Origin: Spirochaetia bacterium
GTDB taxonomy: Bacteria; Spirochaetota; Spirochaetia; CAKZLE01
Length of the DNA stretch: 64,000 nt
NCBI GenBank assembly: GCA_963677595.1
Contig: OY782041.1
Coordinates: 4,224,001-4,288,000 of the forward strand
Direction of reading: 5' to 3'
Part shown: positions 46,279-55,334 of the stretch, in pieces
Position numbering within the stretch: the first letter of the stretch is position 1
Layout of the letters: each line of letters begins with the position of its first letter
Program-made: the position numbers and the translations under genes
Notes under the pieces: generated by a model
The model's database searches: none
Told to the model about the DNA's origin: nothing
What the model saw: only the letters and a program-made list of their open reading frames with translations

Positions 46279-47091
46279 ATGCAGGATAGACAGTCATACG
46301 CACAGCTCGTCGCGGGAGAGATACCCCCATGGGTACAGCGGTTCATCAAGAAGACCGGCAAGGCGATCAACGATTTCTCCATGATCGCGGACGGAGACCG
46401 GGTGCTGCTCGGAATCTCTGGCGGCAAGGATTCCCTCGCACTTGCCCTGGCCCTCTCCCTGCGGAGGAAGTGGCTGCCGATTGATTACACCCTCGAGGCT
46501 CTCCATATAAACTGGAAGGAGTATCCCGTACCGGAAGAGAAGGTAGCTCAATTGCGGGAGTTCTTCTCAGCCCTGGACATCTCGTTCACATCCCTTGATG
46601 CGAACATGTTCCACGAGGCCTACCATACCGATTTCAACTGCTACCACTGCTCCCGGAACAGGAGGCGTATCCTCTTTGAAGAGGCGAATCGACGGGGCTC
46701 TCGGCTGGTCGCCCTCGGCCACCATCTTGACGACCTGGTCGAGACGAGCCTGATCAACCTCTGCTTCCGGGGCGACTTCTCGACGATGCTCCCCGTACAG
46801 GAGTTCTTCAAGGGTGAACTCTACGTGATCAGGCCGATGATCCAGGTCCGCGAGCAGGTGATCAGGCGCCTAACAGAGCAGTATGACCTCCCGGTGGTCA
46901 AGCCGGTCTGCCCCTATGACCAGACGAACATCCGTGCCCGGGTGAAACCGATCATACAGGAGCTTTCACAGATCGACCGGCTGACGAGGGAGCATATCTA
47001 CAAAGCCCATGACCTCAGTTGCCGAATTCCTCGAGATGGGTCTCCACATCATACAACCGACCCGGGATCTGGTCCTCAAGGAACAGTGTGA
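46279..47091 (+). CDS. ttcA: tRNA 2-thiocytidine biosynthesis TtcA-family PP-loop protein
   Basis: SGGKDS, CYHC..RR, ALGHHLDD, IRP. Confidence 0.8.
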   Translation: MQDRQSYAQLVAGEIPPWVQRFIKKTGKAINDFSMIADGDRVLLGISGGKDSLALALALSLRRKWLPIDYTLEALHINWKEYPVPEEKVAQLREFFSALDISFTSLDANMFHEAYHTDFNCYHCSRNRRRILFEEANRRGSRLVALGHHLDDLVETSLINLCFRGDFSTMLPVQEFFKGELYVIRPMIQVREQVIRRLTEQYDLPVVKPVCPYDQTNIRARVKPIIQELSQIDRLTREHIYKAHDLSCRIPRDGSPHHTTDPGSGPQGTV

Positions 47092-47308
47092 TCTTCTGCA
47101 TGACCCTCCTTCCGTGCTGAGGGTCATTGGTCACGAGTGCTGCCCCTATCTGGGCGAACTGGAGCGAATCGAGAAGGTCAACCTCAGCAGCTGACACGGC
47201 GAACTTGTTGCGCAGTCTCTGCTTCACTGAAGTCACTATCCGTCTCTTGTCTTTTATCGAAGTGATACCGTCCAATTGGATGATTGCTTGTAACATACTG
47301 ACTATCAT
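47015..47308 (-). CDS. DUF503 (YlxP) family protein
   Basis: SIKDKRRIV.S...RLRNKF.VS.AEVD..D.......IG.A.V.N. Confidence 0.85.
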   Translation of the reverse strand: MIVSMLQAIIQLDGITSIKDKRRIVTSVKQRLRNKFAVSAAEVDLLDSLQFAQIGAALVTNDPQHGRRVMQKITLFLEDQIPGRLYDVETHLEEFGN

Positions 47309-47397
47309 AACTGTTAGTATATATGAGAGGACAATTCCTGTGAAAGGGATTTTTTTATACAGTATTCTACAGTATACTGTCGTAAGGGAGAATGCAT

Positions 47398-48750
47398 ATG
47401 AAAAAGAGATATATCTTACTGGGAATGGCAGTGATGCTGCTCTTCTCGACGACGGCACTCACCGCAGCTGACGGATTTGATTTCGATATCGGGATAGACT
47501 ACAACATGATGGACTCGGCGAACCTCATCGGTATCAGCCTCAATGCCGACATCCCGCTCGGCAAGATGGGGATCGGGGTCAAGGGCACCCTCCGGTACGA
47601 TCTCGCGAACACGCGGATCATGACCGAGGAGTGGATCCCGGACTTCACCGAGGACGACACGATCTTAGAGAAGGTCCAGACGGCTGCAGCCCTCTACCTT
47701 CCCGTGATCAGGTACGTACGGTACGGATGGAAGGGCGAACCGCTCTACGCACAGGTCGGTGAACTCGAGGAAGTATCTTTGGGTACCGGCATCTTCGTCG
47801 ATGAGTACCAGAACACAGCACTGCAGCCGACACAGAAGCTCACCGGGGCCCTGCTCGACATCGACGGCGAGCTCTTCGGTTTCCCCTACATCGGGATCGA
47901 GTCTTTCACCAGTGACGTCGCACTGCTTGACATCATCGGCGGGCGTGTCTATGTGAAGCCCTTCGCCTCGATGGACTTCTACATGCTCCATGACTTCCAG
48001 GTCGGCGGTTCGATGGTCGTAGACCGGGACCCGGCTGCTCATGACGACCCAGATACTCCGGTCTTCACTGAAGCACCAGAGATGGTCCAGATGTACGGGG
48101 CCGACCTCCTCATGCCGATCCTGCCCTTCAGCTTCTTCACTCTCGATGCCTTCGCTGATTATGCTTTCCAGGACAGGATAGGCCTTGCAGAGCCGGCATC
48201 GATCATGCGTGCAGGCCTCAAGGGCGATATCATCAGCCTCATCAACTACGGGGCAGCCCTGACCATCCCGCAGACAGCCGGCTTCGTGCCGAGTTACTTC
48301 AATGACGGGTATGACCTTGACAGGTATACGCCCTATTCAACCACTGAGACCCCCGGGATCGCGACCGGCAACAAGTACCTCAATGCCAATGCCGGGTTCG
48401 ACCTCATGGATGAGAAGATCATTGTGGACGTCTCCATCGATGGGGAACTCCAGGTCGACAGCGGCAGCTACACGATCAACAACCCGGATGTGTCAGCCTA
48501 CTTCAAGTTCGGCGAGGGGATCATCCCCTACGGCTTCTTCGATGCGACCTATACCAAGCACATCGACGGGAACACCCTCGATGCAGTCCTTGACGGCGTA
48601 CTCGACCCGGGCAAGTCATCGGTGATCGACATCTCGGCAACGGTAAACTACAGTATCATCCAGACCTCGGTCTCGGGCAGCATCACCTTCGATGAAACTG
48701 GTGATTATACCTACTCCGCAGGCCTCGCGGCCCTGTTTAACCTGTTCTAA
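47398..48750 (+). CDS. Predicted outer-membrane beta-barrel protein
   Basis: Signal peptide, alternating hydrophobic strands, C-terminal Phe; similar to both repeats of the next gene. Confidence 0.65.
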   Translation: MKKRYILLGMAVMLLFSTTALTAADGFDFDIGIDYNMMDSANLIGISLNADIPLGKMGIGVKGTLRYDLANTRIMTEEWIPDFTEDDTILEKVQTAAALYLPVIRYVRYGWKGEPLYAQVGELEEVSLGTGIFVDEYQNTALQPTQKLTGALLDIDGELFGFPYIGIESFTSDVALLDIIGGRVYVKPFASMDFYMLHDFQVGGSMVVDRDPAAHDDPDTPVFTEAPEMVQMYGADLLMPILPFSFFTLDAFADYAFQDRIGLAEPASIMRAGLKGDIISLINYGAALTIPQTAGFVPSYFNDGYDLDRYTPYSTTETPGIATGNKYLNANAGFDLMDEKIIVDVSIDGELQVDSGSYTINNPDVSAYFKFGEGIIPYGFFDATYTKHIDGNTLDAVLDGVLDPGKSSVIDISATVNYSIIQTSVSGSITFDETGDYTYSAGLAALFNLF

Positions 48751-48767
48751 GCCGAAAGACACTCCAC

Positions 48768-48838
48768 TTGTGTTTACCCGGAGTTTGCGATTATAATGTA
48801 CTGATGAACACAGGTCCTTCCCCTGCGGGAAGGACCTG
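48768..48838 (+). promoter_or_regulatory. Possible promoter and 12-bp leader hairpin
   Basis: TTGTGT-18-TATAAT; CAGGTCCTTCCC-CTGC-GGGAAGGACCTG at 48811-48838. Confidence 0.5.
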
Positions 48839-48862
48839 CATATGTGAAAAAGAGAGTATCCA

Positions 48863-51800
48863 ATGAGTAAACCCAGCCTGTCATTCCCGTTACGAATCCT
48901 GCTTACTGCCATACTTATCCTATCTGCGTCAACAGCCTTTGCCGCTGACCCCCTCCTGCAGTTCCAGACTCACCTTGACGGTGCTGAGGATGTGAAGTTC
49001 TTCAATGAACGGGGGATCTACCAGAGGAACTCGAATGAGGTCATGACTATCGGGGAGGGATGGATCATCCTGACAGGTACCCAGTCGATCGAACTGACGA
49101 TCTCCGAAGGAGCGATGAGGATCGGCCCGAACTCAACGGTCTCTATCGACGCTCTTTCCGCTGATGGCTTGACGATCTACCTCCAGAAGGGATCTGTACG
49201 GGCGGTTTCCGACAGCTCCGTCCCGATCACCCTCCTCTCGAAGAACAAGGAATACTCCTTCAAATCTGGTGACTACGTCCTGCTCGTCGGGGCTGATGAA
49301 CAGTTCTACAGTAACAGCGGGTCGGCAGTCGCGACTGATTCGAAGACCACTGCCGTAACTGAGGTCCCTGACGGTTCAGGGATCAAGGCAGGGACCGTCC
49401 TCGAGGCTGCCGCTGAGGAAGCTGCAGCAGCTTCAGCACCCCTGGAACTCAAGTACTATAACCCGGCACCCCAGCCGGTAGTGAGCATCGCCGTGACTCC
49501 TGCCGAGCCGGCAGCTGAGCCGTCTCCTACACCAGATGTGGAACCGGTTGCCGCTCCTGTCACTGACCAACCTGCAGCGACCACGGCTTCTACTGCCCCG
49601 ACGGTCACTGCTCCTGCAGCCGAACCGGCTCCCGAAGCCGTACCGGAGGCTGAAACCGTGATCGCTGCACAACCTGCTGAGGATGAGGATATCATCATCC
49701 TCGTCGAACCCGAACCGGAAGTGACCCCAACGGCACCTGCAGAGCCAGCTGCACCTGCAGCAGCTGCCCCTGCGGCAGTACAGCCTGAGAAGCTCCCTGA
49801 ACCGGAGACTTCAGTCGCGGCCGCCCCGAAGAAGACCACGACCGGCAACGTCATCGAGCTGATCATCGATACCCCTGCCAAGACTTCGACTTCTCCTGAG
49901 ACTACAGAACCGGCAACGACCCAGCCGGCAGGAACCAGTACAGCTCCTGCTGCAGCCCCTGCCCCTGAGGATGTGACCGTCGCAGTCGAGGAGGAGACGT
50001 CAGAACCTGCAGCTGCACCGGTCACGACCGTGGCCGCTGTGGAGCCGGAGGCAGCCGATAGAACACCCTTCTCGTTCTCCCTCTCCTCGGGCATCGGGTT
50101 CATGAACAAGCTGATCTCGTCCGGTGAAACAGGCTATGAGCCGTCCTACATCTCCACGGTACTCTACCCCGAGGTGAGTTTCGGGGCGATCGACCTCGGG
50201 TTCAGGCTCAATATAGCGTTCAACGGGAACCCCTTGAATCCCTCCACCTGGTACTCCCCGAGGGGGGACAACCTCTGGAACTACGGCGGAGATGCTTCAG
50301 GCTTCGCACTCATCGAGGATATAACGACTGATGCACTCTCACTCTTCGACCATCTCCGTGTCGGGGAACCTGATGACCTGGTCTATATCAACGCAGACCG
50401 CACCTCTGACATCACCTTCGGGAACGGGACCCTCCTGAAGGATCTCAGGACATCGATCGACGCACCCTACCTTCAGAGGGCCGGGTTCTACCATAAGATG
50501 ACCTCACCCTACTATGAGCATGAGCTGCTCATCGATGACATCTACCATTCACGTCTCTATGCGGCACGGTTCGCCGTCATCCCGCTGCCGGTCAGCTTCC
50601 CGATCTCCATCGGGCTCTACGACATCGCCGATATCCAGACAAGCCCCACGAAGATCCTCATGACACCGGGGCTTGAACTGACCTACCCCCTCATCAGGGA
50701 AGAGGGTCGATCCCTCGAACTCTTCGCAGAGGCAGCCGGCCTCATGGCCTTCAACTTCGATTCAGGCGACATGGCCTATGATGCGGTCTGGAACAGTGGG
50801 ATCCAGAACATCCTGGCCTTCGGCGGGATCAACGGGACCATGGGCAACCTCTCATACAGCCTCATGGGAGCCTATGACCGCGGGAATCTCTCGCTGAACA
50901 TGTTCGGTGAGGACTACCAGTGGCGGCGCTCTGAGATCATCGCACTCCTGGAAAGTGAGGAATACAACACCGGCGGGGACTCGAATGAGCTCACCCTCTT
51001 TGGGGATCTCGGGTATACCGGGGACTCCTTCGGGGCTGATATCTCCTATCGGCTGCCGCTCGGCTCCTTCATCCCCGATTTTACCCGCGACAGGCTCAGT
51101 ATCTCGCTGAACGCACATTCCGATGTACTTGCAGCTGAACTCGGCTTCTCCTCTGACGGGCTCTTTTATAATCTTCTCGGGGACGGGATCTTCTCGCTCT
51201 TCTCGACTGACAACCGGGCATATGCTTCCCTTGCCTATACCATGGGAGACATCACGCTCAAGGCCACCTATGCGAACACGGCCTATTATGCTGACAATGT
51301 CGCAGCATCTGCCGTCATCCCGACGATGTCGCTCGAGACGGAGATCGACCTCTTCGGGTGGGGCACGGGTACAGAAGATACTCCGGCAGCTGATATGCAA
51401 GTATCCGCTCCCAAGAGTTCACCCTTCTCCCTCAGCGCCGGGGCAAGCATCATCAACCCTGCCATCGACTTATCAGCGACGGACGCAGCCTATGCCAACG
51501 GGCCCTACACCTCCCTGTTCCTCTATCCGGGGTTCCGCTCCGATGCCTTCGAGTTCCAGCTCGGGATCGGGGTCGTGACTGCAGGGAACCCCTTCAACTA
51601 CGAAGATGCCTACTTCGAGGCCGGGGTCAATGAGATCAACGACCTCTTCACCAGCCCCATAACCCCTGACCTCTACTCTCTCAGGTCGACCGCACTCAAT
51701 GTCCTCTCCTTCATCGATTATGTGCGGGTGAACGAGGAATCGGCACCCTTCTTCCTCCGGGTCTCGGACCAGGAACCGTTAACACTCGGGAAAGGGACCA

Positions 51801-52816
51801 TGCTCTCCGACCTGCAGACAGCCATCGATTACCCCTTCATCAGGCGTAACGGGCTCTACAGCAGCGTAAACACGAAGGTCTATGATTCAGAGTTCCTCAT
51901 CAATGACCTGTCGAACCCGCAGCTCATCGGGACGAGAATCGGCATTACCCCTATCCCGGATCTCTACGCCTTCGAGATCGGTCTTTCAGGCATCATGGAC
52001 ATGACCTTCCTCTCATCTGCCGCCCTGGCAACCGAGGGGATGACCAATGCGTTCCAGATGCTGCTCGTCCCCGGGGCGGACCTCACCTTCCCGATCATCT
52101 CGAACGACTCGCTCTCCCTCTCTGCCTATGGTGACTTCTACACCACCCTTATCTTCGATGATGCATTCATCACTGACTCGATCGATAACTACCTGACCTC
52201 GGCAGGCATCACGGCGGATCTTGGCTGGCTCAGCATCGAGGGATCACTGGCCTATGACCATGGGGGGCTGGGTCGGAACCTCTTCGGGCGCGATTACTCC
52301 TGGAGGCGCGGTGCTGTCTATGACTTCCTCACTTCCTACGCTGATGCAGCCTACGATGTGAACAACTTCGATGCACTCATCTCGTTCGGTATCGACACGG
52401 AACATGTCGATTTCACCGGCTTCGTGGACCTGCTTCTCACCGAATCATTCGGGATGAACTTCAGCACTGCTTCGAATCTGGAAGCCCCAGACCTCTTCGG
52501 TTTCGATGTGGCCGTGAACGTGGACTCGCTCGAGCTGTCCCTCGGCTATGCAAAGAGAGGTATTTCTCATGACCTGAGGACCAGCTCGTTCAGCTTCTTC
52601 GACGAGTCCTCCCAGCTCTATGCAGGCCTGGACTATACCTACGGTGATGTCGAGCTCTTCGGCAGGTTCTCCTCGGTCGGGGAGTATGACTCCTATGATG
52701 GGACACTGCCAGACCACTATCTAGACCATGGGGATGACCTGGTACGGGATTCTGGTACCGGGGAAGCGAACATCATACCGGCCCTGACCATCGGCACGGT
52801 ACTGCACCTGCTCTAG
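48863..52816 (+). CDS. 1317-aa exported protein: FecR-like domain, Pro/Ala/Thr/Glu linker, two tandem putative barrel domains
   Basis: Signal peptide; G.II.TG..IEL....RIGPNS....LQKGSV FecR pattern; about 220-aa low-complexity linker; clear internal duplication. Confidence 0.7.
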   Translation: MSKPSLSFPLRILLTAILILSASTAFAADPLLQFQTHLDGAEDVKFFNERGIYQRNSNEVMTIGEGWIILTGTQSIELTISEGAMRIGPNSTVSIDALSADGLTIYLQKGSVRAVSDSSVPITLLSKNKEYSFKSGDYVLLVGADEQFYSNSGSAVATDSKTTAVTEVPDGSGIKAGTVLEAAAEEAAAASAPLELKYYNPAPQPVVSIAVTPAEPAAEPSPTPDVEPVAAPVTDQPAATTASTAPTVTAPAAEPAPEAVPEAETVIAAQPAEDEDIIILVEPEPEVTPTAPAEPAAPAAAAPAAVQPEKLPEPETSVAAAPKKTTTGNVIELIIDTPAKTSTSPETTEPATTQPAGTSTAPAAAPAPEDVTVAVEEETSEPAAAPVTTVAAVEPEAADRTPFSFSLSSGIGFMNKLISSGETGYEPSYISTVLYPEVSFGAIDLGFRLNIAFNGNPLNPSTWYSPRGDNLWNYGGDASGFALIEDITTDALSLFDHLRVGEPDDLVYINADRTSDITFGNGTLLKDLRTSIDAPYLQRAGFYHKMTSPYYEHELLIDDIYHSRLYAARFAVIPLPVSFPISIGLYDIADIQTSPTKILMTPGLELTYPLIREEGRSLELFAEAAGLMAFNFDSGDMAYDAVWNSGIQNILAFGGINGTMGNLSYSLMGAYDRGNLSLNMFGEDYQWRRSEIIALLESEEYNTGGDSNELTLFGDLGYTGDSFGADISYRLPLGSFIPDFTRDRLSISLNAHSDVLAAELGFSSDGLFYNLLGDGIFSLFSTDNRAYASLAYTMGDITLKATYANTAYYADNVAASAVIPTMSLETEIDLFGWGTGTEDTPAADMQVSAPKSSPFSLSAGASIINPAIDLSATDAAYANGPYTSLFLYPGFRSDAFEFQLGIGVVTAGNPFNYEDAYFEAGVNEINDLFTSPITPDLYSLRSTALNVLSFIDYVRVNEESAPFFLRVSDQEPLTLGKGTMLSDLQTAIDYPFIRRNGLYSSVNTKVYDSEFLINDLSNPQLIGTRIGITPIPDLYAFEIGLSGIMDMTFLSSAALATEGMTNAFQMLLVPGADLTFPIISNDSLSLSAYGDFYTTLIFDDAFITDSIDNYLTSAGITADLGWLSIEGSLAYDHGGLGRNLFGRDYSWRRGAVYDFLTSYADAAYDVNNFDALISFGIDTEHVDFTGFVDLLLTESFGMNFSTASNLEAPDLFGFDVAVNVDSLELSLGYAKRGISHDLRTSSFSFFDESSQLYAGLDYTYGDVELFGRFSSVGEYDSYDGTLPDHYLDHGDDLVRDSGTGEANIIPALTIGTVLHLL

Positions 52817-52826
52817 AGGGAGTCCT

Positions 52827-54617
52827 ATGGCTGAGAGACGACATATCAGGGAACTCGATCCCTATGTAGCACAGCGGATCGCCGCCGGGGAGGTCATCGA
52901 CCGCCCCCAGGCGATCATCAGGGAACTGCTCGACAACTCGATCGACGCCGGTGCGACCAAGGTCGATATCTTCCTCGAGGACGGGGGGATCTCATTGATC
53001 AAGGTCATCGACAATGGGACTGGGATGGACCGCGAGGACCTCTCCATCTGCTACCTCTCCCACACCACCTCGAAGATCTCAACCATCGATGACCTCTATG
53101 CGATACGCACGCTCGGCTTCCGCGGTGAAGCCCTGGCCAGCATGGCTGCCTGCTCGAAGCTGAGGATCGTCAGCAAGAGCGAGGGGAATGAAGCCTATAC
53201 GGTGTCCGTAAGGGACGGTGCCGCCGAGGGACCGGTCGAGTCAGGCCACCCGAACGGGACGACGGTAGAGATCAGAGATCTCTTCTACTCCATCCCCGGG
53301 AGGCGAAAGTTCCTCAAGAGCCCGCAGGCTGAGACCGCGGCCTGCAGGAAGATGGTGGTCGAGAAGGCACTCATGCACCCGAAGATCCAGTTCAGGTTCT
53401 TCTCGCAGGATACCCTGCGGCTCTTCCTTCCCGAGAACAATCCGGTTGGCAGGATCATCGATGCCTATGCATCCCAGAAGTTCGACCCGGTCTTCTTCAC
53501 GAGACTGAACGAGGTCTGCGGGAACTTCACGCTGGATCTGACCTGCAGTACCCCCTCGCTCTACCGTAATGACCGGAGCTTCATCCAGATCTTCGTCAAT
53601 AACCGGCGAATCGATGACTTCGCGCTCGTACAGGCTGTCCAGTACGGGTACACCGACTATCTTCCCGGGGGCTGCTTCCCCTACTGCTTCGTGTCGATCA
53701 CGATAGACCCGGAGCTCGTCGATTTCAACATCCACCCGGCGAAACGGGAGGTGAAACTGAGGATCGGCAAGGAGATCCATCACCAGATCGTTGAGACGAT
53801 CAAGCAGTACCTCTATACAGAACAGCGCCGCAGCAGGGGCGAGACCCAGGTCTCACAGACGACGCTCACCTTCCAGGGGGAGGATGAGCCTGCAGCCCGA
53901 AAAACGCAGGAGCCCTCCCCTTCGCGCTGGAGCCCTTCCGCATCCTACGCGGCATCAGTTCGACCTACCTACCAGCCGACGGTGCGAAAAGCCGATGAGG
54001 AGTGGGTCTCCAAGGCCCGGGAGATATTCTCCGATGAAGAGCGGCCCTCCTACCCTGTGACTGAAGCTGCCTCTGCATCCGATGACTTCATCTACCACGG
54101 GCAGGTATTCGGTGTCTTCCTCGTCGTGGAGAAGGATGAGACGCTCTACCTGATCGACCAGCATGCCGCCCATGAACGGGTCATCTATGAAGAACTGAAA
54201 AGTCAGGTCGCACCGCAGCCGCTGCTGGTACCGATCCCATTCGAGGTCACGGACGACGTAGCGGACTACATCGAGAACCAGCTGTCAGCGTTCAAGAGCC
54301 AGGGGATCATCCTGGAGTATTCCGGCGGGTCCTGGCAGCTTACTGCGCTACCGAACTATGCGAGGACTCTTGAAGACGAGATCATCACCTTCATCCAGCA
54401 GGAGGTAGGCTCCCCTGAGGAGATCACCAGGAAGCTCTTCGCCACGATCTCCTGCCGACGGGCTGTCAAGGAAGGCGATGTCCTTGACGATCATACTGCA
54501 CGAGACCTGATCAGGAAGATCCTGGCTCTCGAGGTACCGAGATGTCCTCACGGCAGACCGGTCTGGAGTGAGATCACCAGGGAAGAACTCTATCGTGCGG
54601 TGAAGCGGCTTGTCTGA
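52827..54617 (+). CDS. mutL: DNA mismatch repair endonuclease MutL
   Basis: IAAGEVI.RP, GFRGEAL, D.NIHPAKREV, DQHAAHER, CPHGRP. Confidence 0.97.
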   Translation: MAERRHIRELDPYVAQRIAAGEVIDRPQAIIRELLDNSIDAGATKVDIFLEDGGISLIKVIDNGTGMDREDLSICYLSHTTSKISTIDDLYAIRTLGFRGEALASMAACSKLRIVSKSEGNEAYTVSVRDGAAEGPVESGHPNGTTVEIRDLFYSIPGRRKFLKSPQAETAACRKMVVEKALMHPKIQFRFFSQDTLRLFLPENNPVGRIIDAYASQKFDPVFFTRLNEVCGNFTLDLTCSTPSLYRNDRSFIQIFVNNRRIDDFALVQAVQYGYTDYLPGGCFPYCFVSITIDPELVDFNIHPAKREVKLRIGKEIHHQIVETIKQYLYTEQRRSRGETQVSQTTLTFQGEDEPAARKTQEPSPSRWSPSASYAASVRPTYQPTVRKADEEWVSKAREIFSDEERPSYPVTEAASASDDFIYHGQVFGVFLVVEKDETLYLIDQHAAHERVIYEELKSQVAPQPLLVPIPFEVTDDVADYIENQLSAFKSQGIILEYSGGSWQLTALPNYARTLEDEIITFIQQEVGSPEEITRKLFATISCRRAVKEGDVLDDHTARDLIRKILALEVPRCPHGRPVWSEITREELYRAVKRLV

Positions 54618-55334
54618 TCATTCGTAGCGGTAGTATCCGTTCCTGAACCACTGCTTGAGCAGCGAATCATACACCTCGATCTCGAAGAACGCAACATCAC
54701 GACCGACCCCGCGGGTGATCTCCTGAGCCTGACCTGTAAGCGGCTGGGCTATCGAGACATCGACAGATCCCATGGGATTAAGGGCATCATCGAAGCCCCT
54801 GAAGGTGACACTCTTAATCTGTGTGTTCGTGCTGGTGATCATGTCAGTCGCGGGATCATAGGTCGGGAAGAGGCTCGCGGTCCTGTCTGAATACCTCACG
54901 GCATCGACGAGGTCAAAACTGATCGAGTCCTCATACCCTGCTTCAGAGACCACGGTCGCGGTATAGGTGCCGTTCTGAAACCTGGCAGGCCGTTTACTTG
55001 AGGAAGGGGCAATGATCGCGTTGGTACCGATCCAGACCTCACCGTCTGAGATCTCCGTGAAGAGATAGTCTATATCGATCTCCCAGGAGAGATGATCAGC
55101 ATCCGGGGCGGTAATGATCAGGTTGGCTATCCCGTGGTCCTCATCCTCGGCATCGAGATGCACATAGAGTTCCAGGCGCTTCTCCACCCGTCCGGTTGAC
55201 TGGGTGAGTACGTTCACGAGGCGTGTATCTGTCTCGATGATATGGGGGATCGATTGGGTGCAGGATGCAAGCAGCCCGGCAGCCATGACCATGAGCACCA
55301 GGGCTGCCCGTAGCGAGAACCTGCCTAGAGACAT
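54618..55334 (-). CDS. Hypothetical lipoprotein
   Basis: Lipobox LLAS-C after a hydrophobic signal; overlaps upstream stop. Confidence 0.7.
   Translation of the reverse strand: MSLGRFSLRAALVLMVMAAGLLASCTQSIPHIIETDTRLVNVLTQSTGRVEKRLELYVHLDAEDEDHGIANLIITAPDADHLSWEIDIDYLFTEISDGEVWIGTNAIIAPSSSKRPARFQNGTYTATVVSEAGYEDSISFDLVDAVRYSDRTASLFPTYDPATDMITSTNTQIKSVTFRGFDDALNPMGSVDVSIAQPLTGQAQEITRGVGRDVAFFEIEVYDSLLKQWFRNGYYRYE

Noticed and set aside
48801-48850. Hammerhead-like CTGATGA-stem-GAAA
   Set aside because: No stem III or credible stem I/cleavage triplet can be formed on either side
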